Shown here: in pieces, positions 39,468 to 48,563 of the stretch
How the letters are laid out: every line of letters starts with the position of its first letter
Position numbering within the stretch: position 1 is the stretch's first letter
Origin: a virus
Lineage: Duplodnaviria; Caudoviricetes
DNA: 64,000 nucleotides
Virus record (IMG/VR): IMGVR_UViG_3300032305_002044
Location: 29,417 to 93,416 of that record
Direction: 5' to 3' (one strand)
The notes under the pieces: generated by a model
What the model saw: the letters and a program-made list of their open reading frames with translations, nothing else
Databases searched by the model: none
Told to the model about the DNA's origin: nothing
Position numbers and translations under genes: made by a program

Positions 39468-40411
39468 TAAGCACGTTATCGCCTAAGGCACTAGTTGCCC
39501 TTATGGCAGGAGCCACAGGTAAGGTCCGCATGACCGCTCCTGGGCTCACAGAAGCGTTTCCAGGGTCTGGCAGGGACTACTGGGGAGGGGCTCTAAAAGA
39601 ACTTGAGAACGCTGGCATGCTTGTTAGAGGCAGGTACCAGGCAGGCCCTAACAAGCAATGGAATCACTATCAAGACATTACAGATTTAGGGTGGATGTAC
39701 GTTAGGGACTGGTTACCACAGTCGGAAAAACCGACTATGGAGTGGGTAGCCAGAGACGGATTAGCCGTATGCGGCAAACCCGTAGTTCTTTTAAGTGAGA
39801 ACCAGCTAATTAATCCTAATAATATAACTAGTATAACTAGTAAAGAAGTTACGAGGGAGGACCCTCGTAACAAAAACAAGACGTTTAACATCTCGGTAGA
39901 GGAGAAAGAAATGCCGTATCAGTTTTTTAACGCAAATGAGTCAGAAGACGAATACACTCAGGATGCTAAAGAAGCACGGCGTAAATACCGAGATGCCAAA
40001 ATGAAAGATTCTCAGGTCACTTTTACATCTACGAAGCGGACTAAGCTAGGTTCTCGCCACGATCTTGAAATTGAAAAGTGGGGTAGTAACGAAATTGCGT
40101 ATGAATTTATGGATCGGTTAACTCGGTATTTTCATATTAAAAACAACATCACCATACGCAGGATTACAGGTGCATTTGCTAAAATGCGAATGGTGCACCA
40201 GACTAACGGTGAAACTGAATACAAGATGTTAGACCTATTTTTTGAAACTACAAAGTTTGAAAAATATGATGACGGAGAGCATATGTGGAAACTGTTTATT
40301 ACTCGTTCACCCGAACTTGCGGTACAGGCAAAACGTATGGTACAAACACCAGAAGAAAAAGAAACATCAGCTTTACAAGCTGCTAAGTCACAGGAGTGGT
40401 TAAGTGAGTAA
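39464..40411 (+). CDS. putative replication initiator (N-terminal wHTH, low-complexity linker)
   Basis: GRDYW..ALKELENAG.L wHTH; central AT-rich linker; lies upstream of dnaC/dnaB. Confidence 0.6.
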   Translation: MISTLSPKALVALMAGATGKVRMTAPGLTEAFPGSGRDYWGGALKELENAGMLVRGRYQAGPNKQWNHYQDITDLGWMYVRDWLPQSEKPTMEWVARDGLAVCGKPVVLLSENQLINPNNITSITSKEVTREDPRNKNKTFNISVEEKEMPYQFFNANESEDEYTQDAKEARRKYRDAKMKDSQVTFTSTKRTKLGSRHDLEIEKWGSNEIAYEFMDRLTRYFHIKNNITIRRITGAFAKMRMVHQTNGETEYKMLDLFFETTKFEKYDDGEHMWKLFITRSPELAVQAKRMVQTPEEKETSALQAAKSQEWLSE

Positions 40412-40412
40412 T

Positions 40413-40580
40413 ATGAAACGTGCTTTTGAAGAAAGTCTTGAACGCGACTATCGTCAAGCAGGCCTAACCGCAGAAACCGTTCAGCGCATAACTGAGTGGA
40501 TTCAAAAGGCGGAGAAGTCTAACCCAGAATGTAAGTGCACTAACTGCAGTTGCGGTAAGTCAGAGGAAGCAAATGATTAA
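40413..40580 (+). CDS. 55-aa hypothetical with CxCxxCxC
   Basis: MKRAFEESLERDYRQ...ECKCTNCSCGKSEEAND; fills the gap; not in the track. Confidence 0.6.
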   Translation: MKRAFEESLERDYRQAGLTAETVQRITEWIQKAEKSNPECKCTNCSCGKSEEAND

Positions 40581-41268
40581 TGTTAGCGAGTTACCTGTAC
40601 GGCGTAAGTCGTGGTTAACGATTGCTAATGTTCCTGCAAACCGCAGGGGCTGGGAGTTATCAGACTGCAAAGAGGTATCTGCGCAAGACTTAAAGCTTGT
40701 ATCCAATTGGATACGTAAGGTTAAGTCTGGTGATGTGATTCGTGCAGATGGTAAACCTATTTGTGGCAAAGGCCTGCTACTTGTTGGAGAGCCAGGTCAC
40801 GGAAAAACTACACTTTCTTTGGCAGTTATCCAAGAGATGATGCGGACATTTGATCTAGAAGACTTTTCCGTAAACAACGGCAGGGTTCTTGTAAAGCCAT
40901 GTCACTTTGCTACCTACAACGACATTATTGAACTTAAGGGTGCATTAATGAGTCCAGATAAAACCGATGAGCAAGAACGTTTGTTTTTAGGTATGCATGG
41001 GGAGTGTGAAGATGATGCTTACAACATTCGAGTACTAGTCATTGACGACGTGGGCAAAGAGCATGTATCAGGCAGTGGTTGGAACAAAAACTTGCTTCAT
41101 CATATTTTGCGTACCAGATTTAACCTAGGACTTCCCACCATAGTTACCACAAATCTTCCTATAGATGCCTGGTCTGCTGCTTATGGCGAAGCAACTGGAT
41201 CGTTTATACACGAAGCTTTTGCCACAATTGAACTAAAATCTACTAAGGGAGACTTACGAAAAAAATGA
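40573..41268 (+). CDS. dnaC: DnaC/IstB-like helicase loader
   Basis: GEPGHGKT, LVIDDVGKE, R.....PTIVTTN. Confidence 0.9.
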   Translation: MINVSELPVRRKSWLTIANVPANRRGWELSDCKEVSAQDLKLVSNWIRKVKSGDVIRADGKPICGKGLLLVGEPGHGKTTLSLAVIQEMMRTFDLEDFSVNNGRVLVKPCHFATYNDIIELKGALMSPDKTDEQERLFLGMHGECEDDAYNIRVLVIDDVGKEHVSGSGWNKNLLHHILRTRFNLGLPTIVTTNLPIDAWSAAYGEATGSFIHEAFATIELKSTKGDLRKK

Positions 41269-41576
41269 GCGAGGGAGTTATGGAAGACACCAAGTTAGTT
41301 CAAATTTTTTTAGGCGGTTCGGGAACCCCAGGTCCAGGTATCTTTGAAGTAAGCATAGACAGAGATAAAAACTTTATTTGTACTTGCCCAGGATACGCTG
41401 GACGCGGAGTATGTAAGCACACTAAGTTTGTAAACTCACGCGTTAAACAAAATCATGGGACTTATCCATTACAAATTTCTACCACTGTAACCAATGAGGA
41501 TACAGACAAAGCTCACGAGTCCTCAGACGAACTGCGAAAGTTCATTATTAAATTTGGAAAAATAGAGGTTTGTTAA
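41265..41576 (+). CDS. SWIM zinc-finger protein
   Basis: CTCPG.....CKH. Confidence 0.8.
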   Translation: MSEGVMEDTKLVQIFLGGSGTPGPGIFEVSIDRDKNFICTCPGYAGRGVCKHTKFVNSRVKQNHGTYPLQISTTVTNEDTDKAHESSDELRKFIIKFGKIEVC

Positions 41577-41579
41577 ACC

Positions 41580-41975
41580 ATGTATAAAGGGGACATCAGC
41601 AACGACATGCCACGGCGTGTACTTGTGAATGCTAATCTGATATTCATTAAGGTACCTGTTGTAGAAAAGAAGTTAAAAATATTTAATGTTAAGTCTGAGG
41701 AAATTGGATTTGACAAATTCCTTTTAAACAAGTTTTACTTGTACACTACTCGCGCAGGAGTAACACTTGAGCTAGTCTCATTTGAATACAAAGACCCTGA
41801 ACTTGAAATCTTGTTTAACAAAATTGATAGGGCAGGCAACAATCCATTCAGGTATTACAACCACTATGCTTCTCCTAAGAAGTTAGTTGCAGACCTACCA
41901 TATAGACCAGAAGTAATCGGCGTAATTGACCCAGAGCACCAACTAATGTATGGTCGCTTAGGATTGGACTTTTAA
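41580..41975 (+). CDS. conserved hypothetical protein
   Basis: ORF in operon; LPYRPEV..VID. Confidence 0.7.
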   Translation: MYKGDISNDMPRRVLVNANLIFIKVPVVEKKLKIFNVKSEEIGFDKFLLNKFYLYTTRAGVTLELVSFEYKDPELEILFNKIDRAGNNPFRYYNHYASPKKLVADLPYRPEVIGVIDPEHQLMYGRLGLDF

Positions 41976-41984
41976 GGGGACTAG

Positions 41985-43214
41985 ATGAACTACGAAAACC
42001 TACTACTAAACCGAGCACTAAACGAAAGAAGCATTAGTTTTCTGCTTGAACGTGGTGTGTCCGAGCCTTGGTTTTCAAACAATGAGGATCGAAGAGTCTG
42101 GTCTTTTATTAGAAACCATTACACTAACTACAACGAGGTTCCCAGCACGGAAGTTATTAAAGATAACTTTCCTACATATGTTTTTGTTGAAGTTAGTGAC
42201 TCTCTTGATTTTTTAGTAGATGAAGTAGTTAAAGCTCAACGTAAAGCTATTGTTAATAACTCTCTCAGAAAAGCCATTGAAGAAATTGAGAAGTTTGGCA
42301 ATCACGAAAACGCTGTGTCTATTTTACAGAGTGGGTTTTCTACACTTGACGATAACGGCTTTCACGCGGTTAGCGACATTGACATTACCCAGAACACCGA
42401 TCAGCGTTGGGAAGAATACCTTGAACGTAAGAACCTTCCAGGAGGTCTTCGTGGAATGGCAACAGGGTTTAGTACTATTGACCAAGCAACCAGCGGTCTA
42501 CAGCCAGGTCAGCTGATTGTAATTGTTGCGCCACCTAAAACTGGTAAGTCAACCCTTGCATTACAGATGGCTCATAACATTCATAGTGGTGGAAAGGTTC
42601 CTGTTTTTCAATCATTTGAAATGAGTAACCAAGAACAAATTACTCGTTACGATGCTATGCGTGCTCGTATTTCACACCACCGTTTAACTACAGGAACTCT
42701 TACTTCAGAAGAAGAGGCGCGTTACCAAGCAAAACTTCGTGGTATGACTATGTTGCAACATAAGTTCTGGCTTACGGATTCTGCAGGAGCTTCCGTAATT
42801 TCTGGAATATCAAATAAGATTCAGCAATTGCAGCCTAACGTTTTATTTATTGACGGTGTGTACTTGATGATGGATGAGCAGTCTGGAGAAGCAAACACTG
42901 CGCTAGCTCTCACCAACATCACACGTAGTCTTAAGCGTCTGGCACAAAAGCACCAGATTCCAATTGTTGTTACTACGCAGGCTTTGGGATGGAAAATGCG
43001 TAAGGGAAATGTAACAGTAGACTCTATTGGTTACTCTTCCTCATTCTTTCAAGATGCTGACGTTGTATTTGGTTTGCAACGTGAAGACGAAAACGTAGAC
43101 GACACTAGATTGCTAAAGGTTATGGCTAGTCGTAACTGTGGCCCTTTAGAGGTATCACTAGTATGGGATTGGAACACAGGTGAGTTCCGTGAGATTAGCA
43201 GTGATGACATGTGA
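41985..43214 (+). CDS. dnaB: DnaB-like replicative helicase
   Basis: TGF..ID..TSGLQPGQL, APPKTGKS, SFEMS, FIDGVYLM, QDAD. Confidence 0.95.
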   Translation: MNYENLLLNRALNERSISFLLERGVSEPWFSNNEDRRVWSFIRNHYTNYNEVPSTEVIKDNFPTYVFVEVSDSLDFLVDEVVKAQRKAIVNNSLRKAIEEIEKFGNHENAVSILQSGFSTLDDNGFHAVSDIDITQNTDQRWEEYLERKNLPGGLRGMATGFSTIDQATSGLQPGQLIVIVAPPKTGKSTLALQMAHNIHSGGKVPVFQSFEMSNQEQITRYDAMRARISHHRLTTGTLTSEEEARYQAKLRGMTMLQHKFWLTDSAGASVISGISNKIQQLQPNVLFIDGVYLMMDEQSGEANTALALTNITRSLKRLAQKHQIPIVVTTQALGWKMRKGNVTVDSIGYSSSFFQDADVVFGLQREDENVDDTRLLKVMASRNCGPLEVSLVWDWNTGEFREISSDDM

Positions 43215-44137
43215 ACGTAGAAGAGATGGAACGTGTCTTAGAAGACCTAGGTGTTGAATACGTAAGTTCTCGTGGGGATGAGATACAAGGCTTTTGCCCT
43301 ATGCACGAACAACGCACAGGTAAGAAAGATCGCAACCCTTCTTGGTACATAAATGCCGAGACTGGAGCTCATATATGTTTCTCGTGCGAGTACCGCGGCA
43401 ACATCATTTCCCTTACAGCAACTTTGCGTGAGTTAGACTACGACGATGCTAAGGCTTGGTTGTCTAGTGGCGGGGAACTTATGGATGCTTTTGAACGAGC
43501 AATTAGTAAACCTAAAGAAGTGTTTGAAGAGCTAGTCTACATATCTGAGGCCTCTCTAGCAGCTTTTACAGACCCTCCAGAGTATGCTCTAAAGGCACGC
43601 GGACTGACGCTAGCTGCTGCTCAGCACTTTGGTTTACGGTGGGAGCGTTCTACTGAGAGTTGGATCATCCCAATTAGAGACCCACATACAGGTAACTTAC
43701 AAGGCTGGCAGGTCAAGGCTTTTAACGGTAGGCACTTTCGCAATTACCCCGTGGGGGTAAAAAAATCCAACGGATTATTTGGCTTTCAACAATACACAGG
43801 TGGCGACATGATAGTTGTAGAGTCCCCACTAGACGTTGTACGACTTGCGTCTATAGGGATACTTGGTGGGGTAGCCGTTTATGGGGCATTAATTTCAGAC
43901 GTTCAACTGAAATACATACGTTCCGCTGATAGAATTGTAATGGCATTAGATTCCGATGAGGCTGGAACATCAGCTTCTTTTAAATTGGCTCAATTAACTA
44001 AAACTCAAAACTTTGAAGCTTGGTTTTTTGATTACTCTAATACTGACATGAAAGACGTGGGTGGTATGAGCAAGGCCGAGGTATTACTTGGCCTAGACTC
44101 CGCTAAACACTCTATTCGATATAAAACTAGTCTTTAA
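43211..44137 (+). CDS. dnaG: DNA primase (CHC2 Zn finger + TOPRIM)
   Basis: CPMH...CFSC; VVESPLD; ALDSDEAG; KDVG. Confidence 0.93.
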   Translation: MNVEEMERVLEDLGVEYVSSRGDEIQGFCPMHEQRTGKKDRNPSWYINAETGAHICFSCEYRGNIISLTATLRELDYDDAKAWLSSGGELMDAFERAISKPKEVFEELVYISEASLAAFTDPPEYALKARGLTLAAAQHFGLRWERSTESWIIPIRDPHTGNLQGWQVKAFNGRHFRNYPVGVKKSNGLFGFQQYTGGDMIVVESPLDVVRLASIGILGGVAVYGALISDVQLKYIRSADRIVMALDSDEAGTSASFKLAQLTKTQNFEAWFFDYSNTDMKDVGGMSKAEVLLGLDSAKHSIRYKTSL

Positions 44138-44146
44138 GGAGAGAAC

Positions 44147-44551
44147 ATGGCATCACCGATGCAGGATAAAAAGTATAAGGTCACGACGCCCTGGGGTATT
44201 GCGGGGAAACGCTGGTCCAGCGGAAAGCATGAAGGAGTGGACTACGCTGCTCCAGTAGGTGCTGTAGTAGTTGCTCCTGTAGCTGGCGAAGTAGTTAAAG
44301 TTGGTCAGTGCTGGGGTGCCGCTTTTGGTCAGCACTCGGTACTAATGAAAGTTAAAGGTGGACATCTCCTATTTGCTCACCTATCTTCCAACAGCGTTAA
44401 GGTTGGTCAAGACTTAAAAGTTGGAGATGTCATCGGTAAAGTTGGATCAGAAGGCAATGTCACAGGTCCACACTTACACATGGAGCTTCAGAAGGGTCCA
44501 GGTTGGGTTCGTGGAGGCGGGCTTAACCCACAGGCAATTCTAGACGCATAG
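44147..44551 (+). CDS. M23 family peptidase
   Basis: HEGVD...AHL...GNVTGPHLHME. Confidence 0.92.
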   Translation: MASPMQDKKYKVTTPWGIAGKRWSSGKHEGVDYAAPVGAVVVAPVAGEVVKVGQCWGAAFGQHSVLMKVKGGHLLFAHLSSNSVKVGQDLKVGDVIGKVGSEGNVTGPHLHMELQKGPGWVRGGGLNPQAILDA

Positions 44552-44565
44552 TTTTTACTGAAGAT

Positions 44566-44595
44566 GACCCACCCTAAGGGGTGGGTTTTCTTTTT
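44566..44595 (+). terminator. intrinsic terminator
   Basis: GACCCACCC-TAAG-GGGTGGGTT-TTCTTTTT. Confidence 0.8.
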
Positions 44596-44620
44596 GTTTA
44601 GCGTGGTGTAGTATTTTTAT

Positions 44621-46204
44621 ATGTCATTTACTGGAACACTTTTACCGTATCAAGTAAACGCCGTAGACCGTATGTGTGAGCAAGGCTCCATGTTAGTTGC
44701 TTATGATTTAGGTTTAGGTAAAACCGTATTAACTATTGCAGCTGTTGAACGGTTAATGGATGAAGACAAAATTTATGAACCTGGATTAATAGTTTGCTTG
44801 TCTAGTCTTAAATATCAGTGGGCTAACTCCATTACAAAATTCAGTAATTCTACCTCATTAGTAATTGACGGCACTCCTAAACAACGACAAGCTCAATACG
44901 CCGAAGCAATGAACTGGGAGAATTCAGGGGTGGACTACATAATCATGAACTACGAACAGGTAGTTAATGATTGGGATTACGTATCTAAATTACCTCGCGG
45001 GTTTGTTGTTTTAGACGAAGCCACCGCTATTAAATCTTTTAAGTCTAAACGAGCTAAGCAAGTAAAAAAGTTAGCTAATGCTCCTTTTAAATTTGCTCTT
45101 ACTGGTACGCCAATTGAAAATGGTAAGCCTGAAGAGTTGTATTCAATCATGCAATTTGTAGATCAAAAAGTGCTGGGACGTTTTGATATTTTTGATTCAA
45201 CATTTATTGTTCGTAATACCTGGGGCGGTGTTGATAGATACAGAAATCTACCTACTTTACATACAAAAATGAAAGAGGCTTCCGTAAGGAAATCACAAAA
45301 AGACCCAGACGTTGCGCCATACTTACCTGACTCAATTCATAAAGAACCTATTCTTGTTTACTTTGACAGGAAAGCTGCAAAGTTGTACAGAAAAATTGTT
45401 GATGATCTAATTCAAGAATTAGACAATGCCAAAGATTTATTTGGCGGTTCTTTTAATATGCTTTCTCATTACGGGTATGCTGATAAGACAGGTAATAGAG
45501 CAGATGAGATACGCGGCAGAATTATGTCTAAAGTAGGTTGCCTTAAAATGCTTTGCTCCCATCCAGACTTAGTTAGGTTGAGCGCAGAAAGATTTCAAGA
45601 AATAGGGGACACAGGTTCTGAGTATGCTAACTACCTTCTTTTAGAAGGTTTATTAGATGGCGTTACCGCAGCCCCTAAACTAGATGCGCTAATTGAATAC
45701 GTACAAGACTTCTTAGGGCAAAGGCCAGACAATAAAGTTGTTATTTTTGCTACGTATGTAGATATGGTAAGCATGATTAAAGATAAGCTAGGAGAAGACA
45801 TTTGTCGGACCTACACAGGGCAGCTTGATGCAAAATCTAAAGAAGATAATAAAGTTGAATTTAACACTAACCCTGATGTGCGTGTTCTTATTAGTAGTGA
45901 CGCTGGGGGTTATGGTGTTGACTTGCCTGCTGCCAATTTACTGGTTAATTATGACATGCCATGGTCGTCTGGCCTTGCGACGCAAAGAAACGGTCGAATA
46001 AAAAGAGCGTCTTCTACTTGGGAGACTATTGTTATCCAAGATTTTTTAGTATCTGGGTCTATTGAAGTACGCCAGCATGAAGCTCTACAACAGAAAAACT
46101 CAATAGCCAATGCTGTTATGGACGGTGAAGGTATTGATGATAAGGGTGGAGTAGACCTAACTTTAGGGTCTTTAAAGTCATTTATTCAAGGAACATCTGT
46201 TTAA
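44621..46204 (+). CDS. SNF2-family helicase
   Basis: LLPYQ, DLGLGKT, LDEA, LTGTPIEN, GGYGVDL, QRNGRI.R. Confidence 0.93.
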   Translation: MSFTGTLLPYQVNAVDRMCEQGSMLVAYDLGLGKTVLTIAAVERLMDEDKIYEPGLIVCLSSLKYQWANSITKFSNSTSLVIDGTPKQRQAQYAEAMNWENSGVDYIIMNYEQVVNDWDYVSKLPRGFVVLDEATAIKSFKSKRAKQVKKLANAPFKFALTGTPIENGKPEELYSIMQFVDQKVLGRFDIFDSTFIVRNTWGGVDRYRNLPTLHTKMKEASVRKSQKDPDVAPYLPDSIHKEPILVYFDRKAAKLYRKIVDDLIQELDNAKDLFGGSFNMLSHYGYADKTGNRADEIRGRIMSKVGCLKMLCSHPDLVRLSAERFQEIGDTGSEYANYLLLEGLLDGVTAAPKLDALIEYVQDFLGQRPDNKVVIFATYVDMVSMIKDKLGEDICRTYTGQLDAKSKEDNKVEFNTNPDVRVLISSDAGGYGVDLPAANLLVNYDMPWSSGLATQRNGRIKRASSTWETIVIQDFLVSGSIEVRQHEALQQKNSIANAVMDGEGIDDKGGVDLTLGSLKSFIQGTSV

Positions 46205-46259
46205 GTAATACACCTTGTCTATCTGAACCTTAACTTTTTTTATGTTAGGGTGGAAATGT

Positions 46260-46733
46260 ATGTTAGACAGAACCAAACGTCTGACCACCGCTATTGCGCT
46301 TCTTACAAGTTTACTTGTATCGCTACCAGTAGCCCAGGGTCAGGCTAATGCTAATGAAATGCAGACAAAAATCGAAACAAAAGTTGCGGTTAAATCGATC
46401 GTAGCTATTGCTAAACAATATATCGGAACCCCGTACTGTCGGGGTGGGCACACTTCCAGATGCTTTGACTGCTCTGGATTCACACAATACGTATATAACC
46501 AACAGGGCATTAAGTTGCCACCGATTGTACACAGTCAGTATCGTATTGCTACAAAAATTACTGCGGCAAAAGCAAAGCCAGGAGACCTAGTGTTTTTTAT
46601 AACTAGGCAGGGTTACGCTTACCATGTAGGAATCTATGTAGGTAATGGAAAGGTTATACATTCCCCTAAACGTGGTCATCACGTTCGAATAGAAAGTATC
46701 TGGACGTCTAACGTCCGCTATGGTAGAGTTTAA
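46260..46733 (+). CDS. secreted NlpC/P60 cell-wall peptidase
   Basis: Signal peptide; YIGTPY..GG....FDCSG, PGDLVFF, HVGIY, IHS. Confidence 0.93.
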   Translation: MLDRTKRLTTAIALLTSLLVSLPVAQGQANANEMQTKIETKVAVKSIVAIAKQYIGTPYCRGGHTSRCFDCSGFTQYVYNQQGIKLPPIVHSQYRIATKITAAKAKPGDLVFFITRQGYAYHVGIYVGNGKVIHSPKRGHHVRIESIWTSNVRYGRV

Positions 46734-46742
46734 TTTCTACCA

Positions 46743-46821
46743 GGGGCAGATTTGGTATCGACTAGCATTAACTCCGCACGTCGGAAGTGTTAGGAATCGA
46801 GTTCGACTCTCGACTGCTCCA
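46743..46821 (+). ncRNA. ssrA: minimal tmRNA (ssrA-like): tRNA-like domain only
   Basis: Acceptor GGGGCAG/CTGCTCC with G3-U70 and A73; stemless D-loop ATTTGGTATCGA; P2 CTAGCATT/AGTGTTAG capped by TCCG-CACGT-CGGA; GAA linker; T-arm TCGAG-TTCGACT-CTCGA. CCA is not fully encoded. Confidence 0.85.
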
Positions 46822-46900
46822 CTTGCAAGTAGAAGCAAGACCAGACATAGCAACTTTCTTTAGGTAAACTTAATACGTTGCCTTTAGGAGAGAACTGGCA

Positions 46901-48331
46901 TTGAAACCCTTTAAAATTTTTGCTGCCTTAGTGTTTGCATTTGCTTTTCCATTAAGCGCTATGCCCGCACAGGCTGCAGTTGATGTGCCTTGCGATACTT
47001 ATTCTTGGACTGGTGAAGACGACACTGCACACCAGATGGCTTTGCCATTTTCATTACCTATAGGTGATACTACATACGACACTACGTATGTGACTACTAA
47101 TGGAACGCTTACCTTTGGAACCGCTGATGCTAACTTTAGCTCGTATCCAAATACCCCATCCATTTCTTTAGCGGGGTATGATTGTGTAACTTTTGGTGAG
47201 GGTGACAGTTTAAGTTATGGCGTTAACAGCACAGGTTTTTGTGTGCTTTGGAAGGTTCGTCCTTACCCACAATCAATTGGGGCAATAACTGAAATTAAGT
47301 TAACTGTAGACATAGCCAGGTACCCTTCATGGTCAGGAACTGTAGAGACCACGGGTTGGCTACCTGCAGATTTACGGCGGGGTATTCGATTTGCCCCTAA
47401 CACAGACGTAGTAACCATCTCTGAAGCCTTTACGGTTAACGGTGGGCGCCCTGTAGAGATGCAGTCATGCTGGGATGGGTCTGTTATTCCTTTGACCTCT
47501 ACGTGCCCTCCAGAGCCTCCTCCAGGCCAATGCTGGGACGGTACTACCGTAGCTTGGAATCAAACTTGCCCGCCTGTACCGCCTGATACACAGTGTTGGG
47601 ATGGATCATGGATTACTTGGAGTCAGACTTGTCCCGTGGAACCTACTCCCACCCCAACACCAGAGCCAACACTAACACCCACGCCAGAGCCAACACTAAG
47701 CCCTGAACCAACGCCATCCCCAGAACCAACCCCAGAGCCGTCCCCAAGCCCTTCAGAAACTTCTTCACCTACACCAACTCCTGAGCCAACGCCCACAGAT
47801 ATAGCAACCCCACTACCAGAACCCACACCCGAAGAAACACTTACACCAACTCCAGAGCCAACTCTAGAACCTGTGCCAAGTCTTAGCCCTGATCCAGTCG
47901 AAAACGTTGAACCAACTCTGGACCCAGAGCCAACGCCAATACCTGAACCTACTCAAAACGTGACACCTGAGCCTCCGACTACGGTAACTGAATTACTTAC
48001 TCAGTATACCCCTGATGAAGCTATTCCTTTTGATGTGCTTATGGCTTCGGGTATTGATTACAGTGAGTTGCCGCCAGATCAACCCGTTACTTTAGAAAAC
48101 GGTGTAGTACTTACCGCTGCAGTAGCGGATGCACTTCAAATTTTTGAAGACCCCTCTGAATTGCTGGCAACAGTATTCACAGACCCAGGAAAAGCTCTTA
48201 AAGCTATTTCCAACGTAGGCGCAGATTTACCTGCGGATGTACGTAAAACCGCTCAACAAGGCACAGTAGCTGTGGTTCTTGTTGGTCAAGTCATTGTTGG
48301 CGGAGTTACCGCCCAATTAATTAGGAGATAA
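46901..48331 (+). CDS. membrane-anchored surface protein: signal peptide, NIDO-like domain, 3x CWDG repeats, P/T/E stalk, C-terminal TM
   Basis: AGGAG RBS with TTG start; DD.....LPF...GDTTY...YVTTNG.LTFG; CWDGx8CP x3; (PTPEPT)n. Confidence 0.75.
   Translation: MKPFKIFAALVFAFAFPLSAMPAQAAVDVPCDTYSWTGEDDTAHQMALPFSLPIGDTTYDTTYVTTNGTLTFGTADANFSSYPNTPSISLAGYDCVTFGEGDSLSYGVNSTGFCVLWKVRPYPQSIGAITEIKLTVDIARYPSWSGTVETTGWLPADLRRGIRFAPNTDVVTISEAFTVNGGRPVEMQSCWDGSVIPLTSTCPPEPPPGQCWDGTTVAWNQTCPPVPPDTQCWDGSWITWSQTCPVEPTPTPTPEPTLTPTPEPTLSPEPTPSPEPTPEPSPSPSETSSPTPTPEPTPTDIATPLPEPTPEETLTPTPEPTLEPVPSLSPDPVENVEPTLDPEPTPIPEPTQNVTPEPPTTVTELLTQYTPDEAIPFDVLMASGIDYSELPPDQPVTLENGVVLTAAVADALQIFEDPSELLATVFTDPGKALKAISNVGADLPADVRKTAQQGTVAVVLVGQVIVGGVTAQLIRR
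47640..47980 (+). repeat. Pro-Thr-Glu low-complexity coding repeat
   Basis: Repeated ccagagccaac units encoding PEPT. Confidence 0.85.
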
Positions 48332-48332
48332 A

Positions 48333-48515
48333 ATGCGCTGGTTAAAAGACGCAATCATTGAATCATTGAACCAGGGATACACACTCCTTGGATTCTTTGT
48401 AGCCTGGTTACTGTTGGAGGGTAGCGCCCGTACGGTTGTGGGCTACTCAATCCTATTAGTAACCCTTATACACCTAGTCACCATTCGGATTCGTGAAGAC
48501 AAGGATGACGAATAG
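48333..48515 (+). CDS. small 2-TM membrane protein
   Basis: AGGAG RBS; two hydrophobic helices. Confidence 0.75.
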   Translation: MRWLKDAIIESLNQGYTLLGFFVAWLLLEGSARTVVGYSILLVTLIHLVTIRIREDKDDE

Positions 48516-48532
48516 TTTAACTATTTGGGGCA

Positions 48533-48557
48533 TTTTGTCAGTACATTTTGGTACAAT
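48533..48557 (+). promoter_or_regulatory. extended -10 promoter (leaderless) with TTTTGTCAG box
   Basis: TGG-TACAAT, 6 nt before ATG 48564. Confidence 0.65.
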
Positions 48558-48563
48558 ATAGGT

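Noticed and set aside
46743-46821. Ordinary tRNA-Ala, or an attP copy of host ssrA
   Set aside because: There is no D-stem and no 7-nt anticodon loop with NGC. Both the 5' and 3' TLD strands are present and paired, whereas attP sites usually carry one end, and no integrase is in the window.
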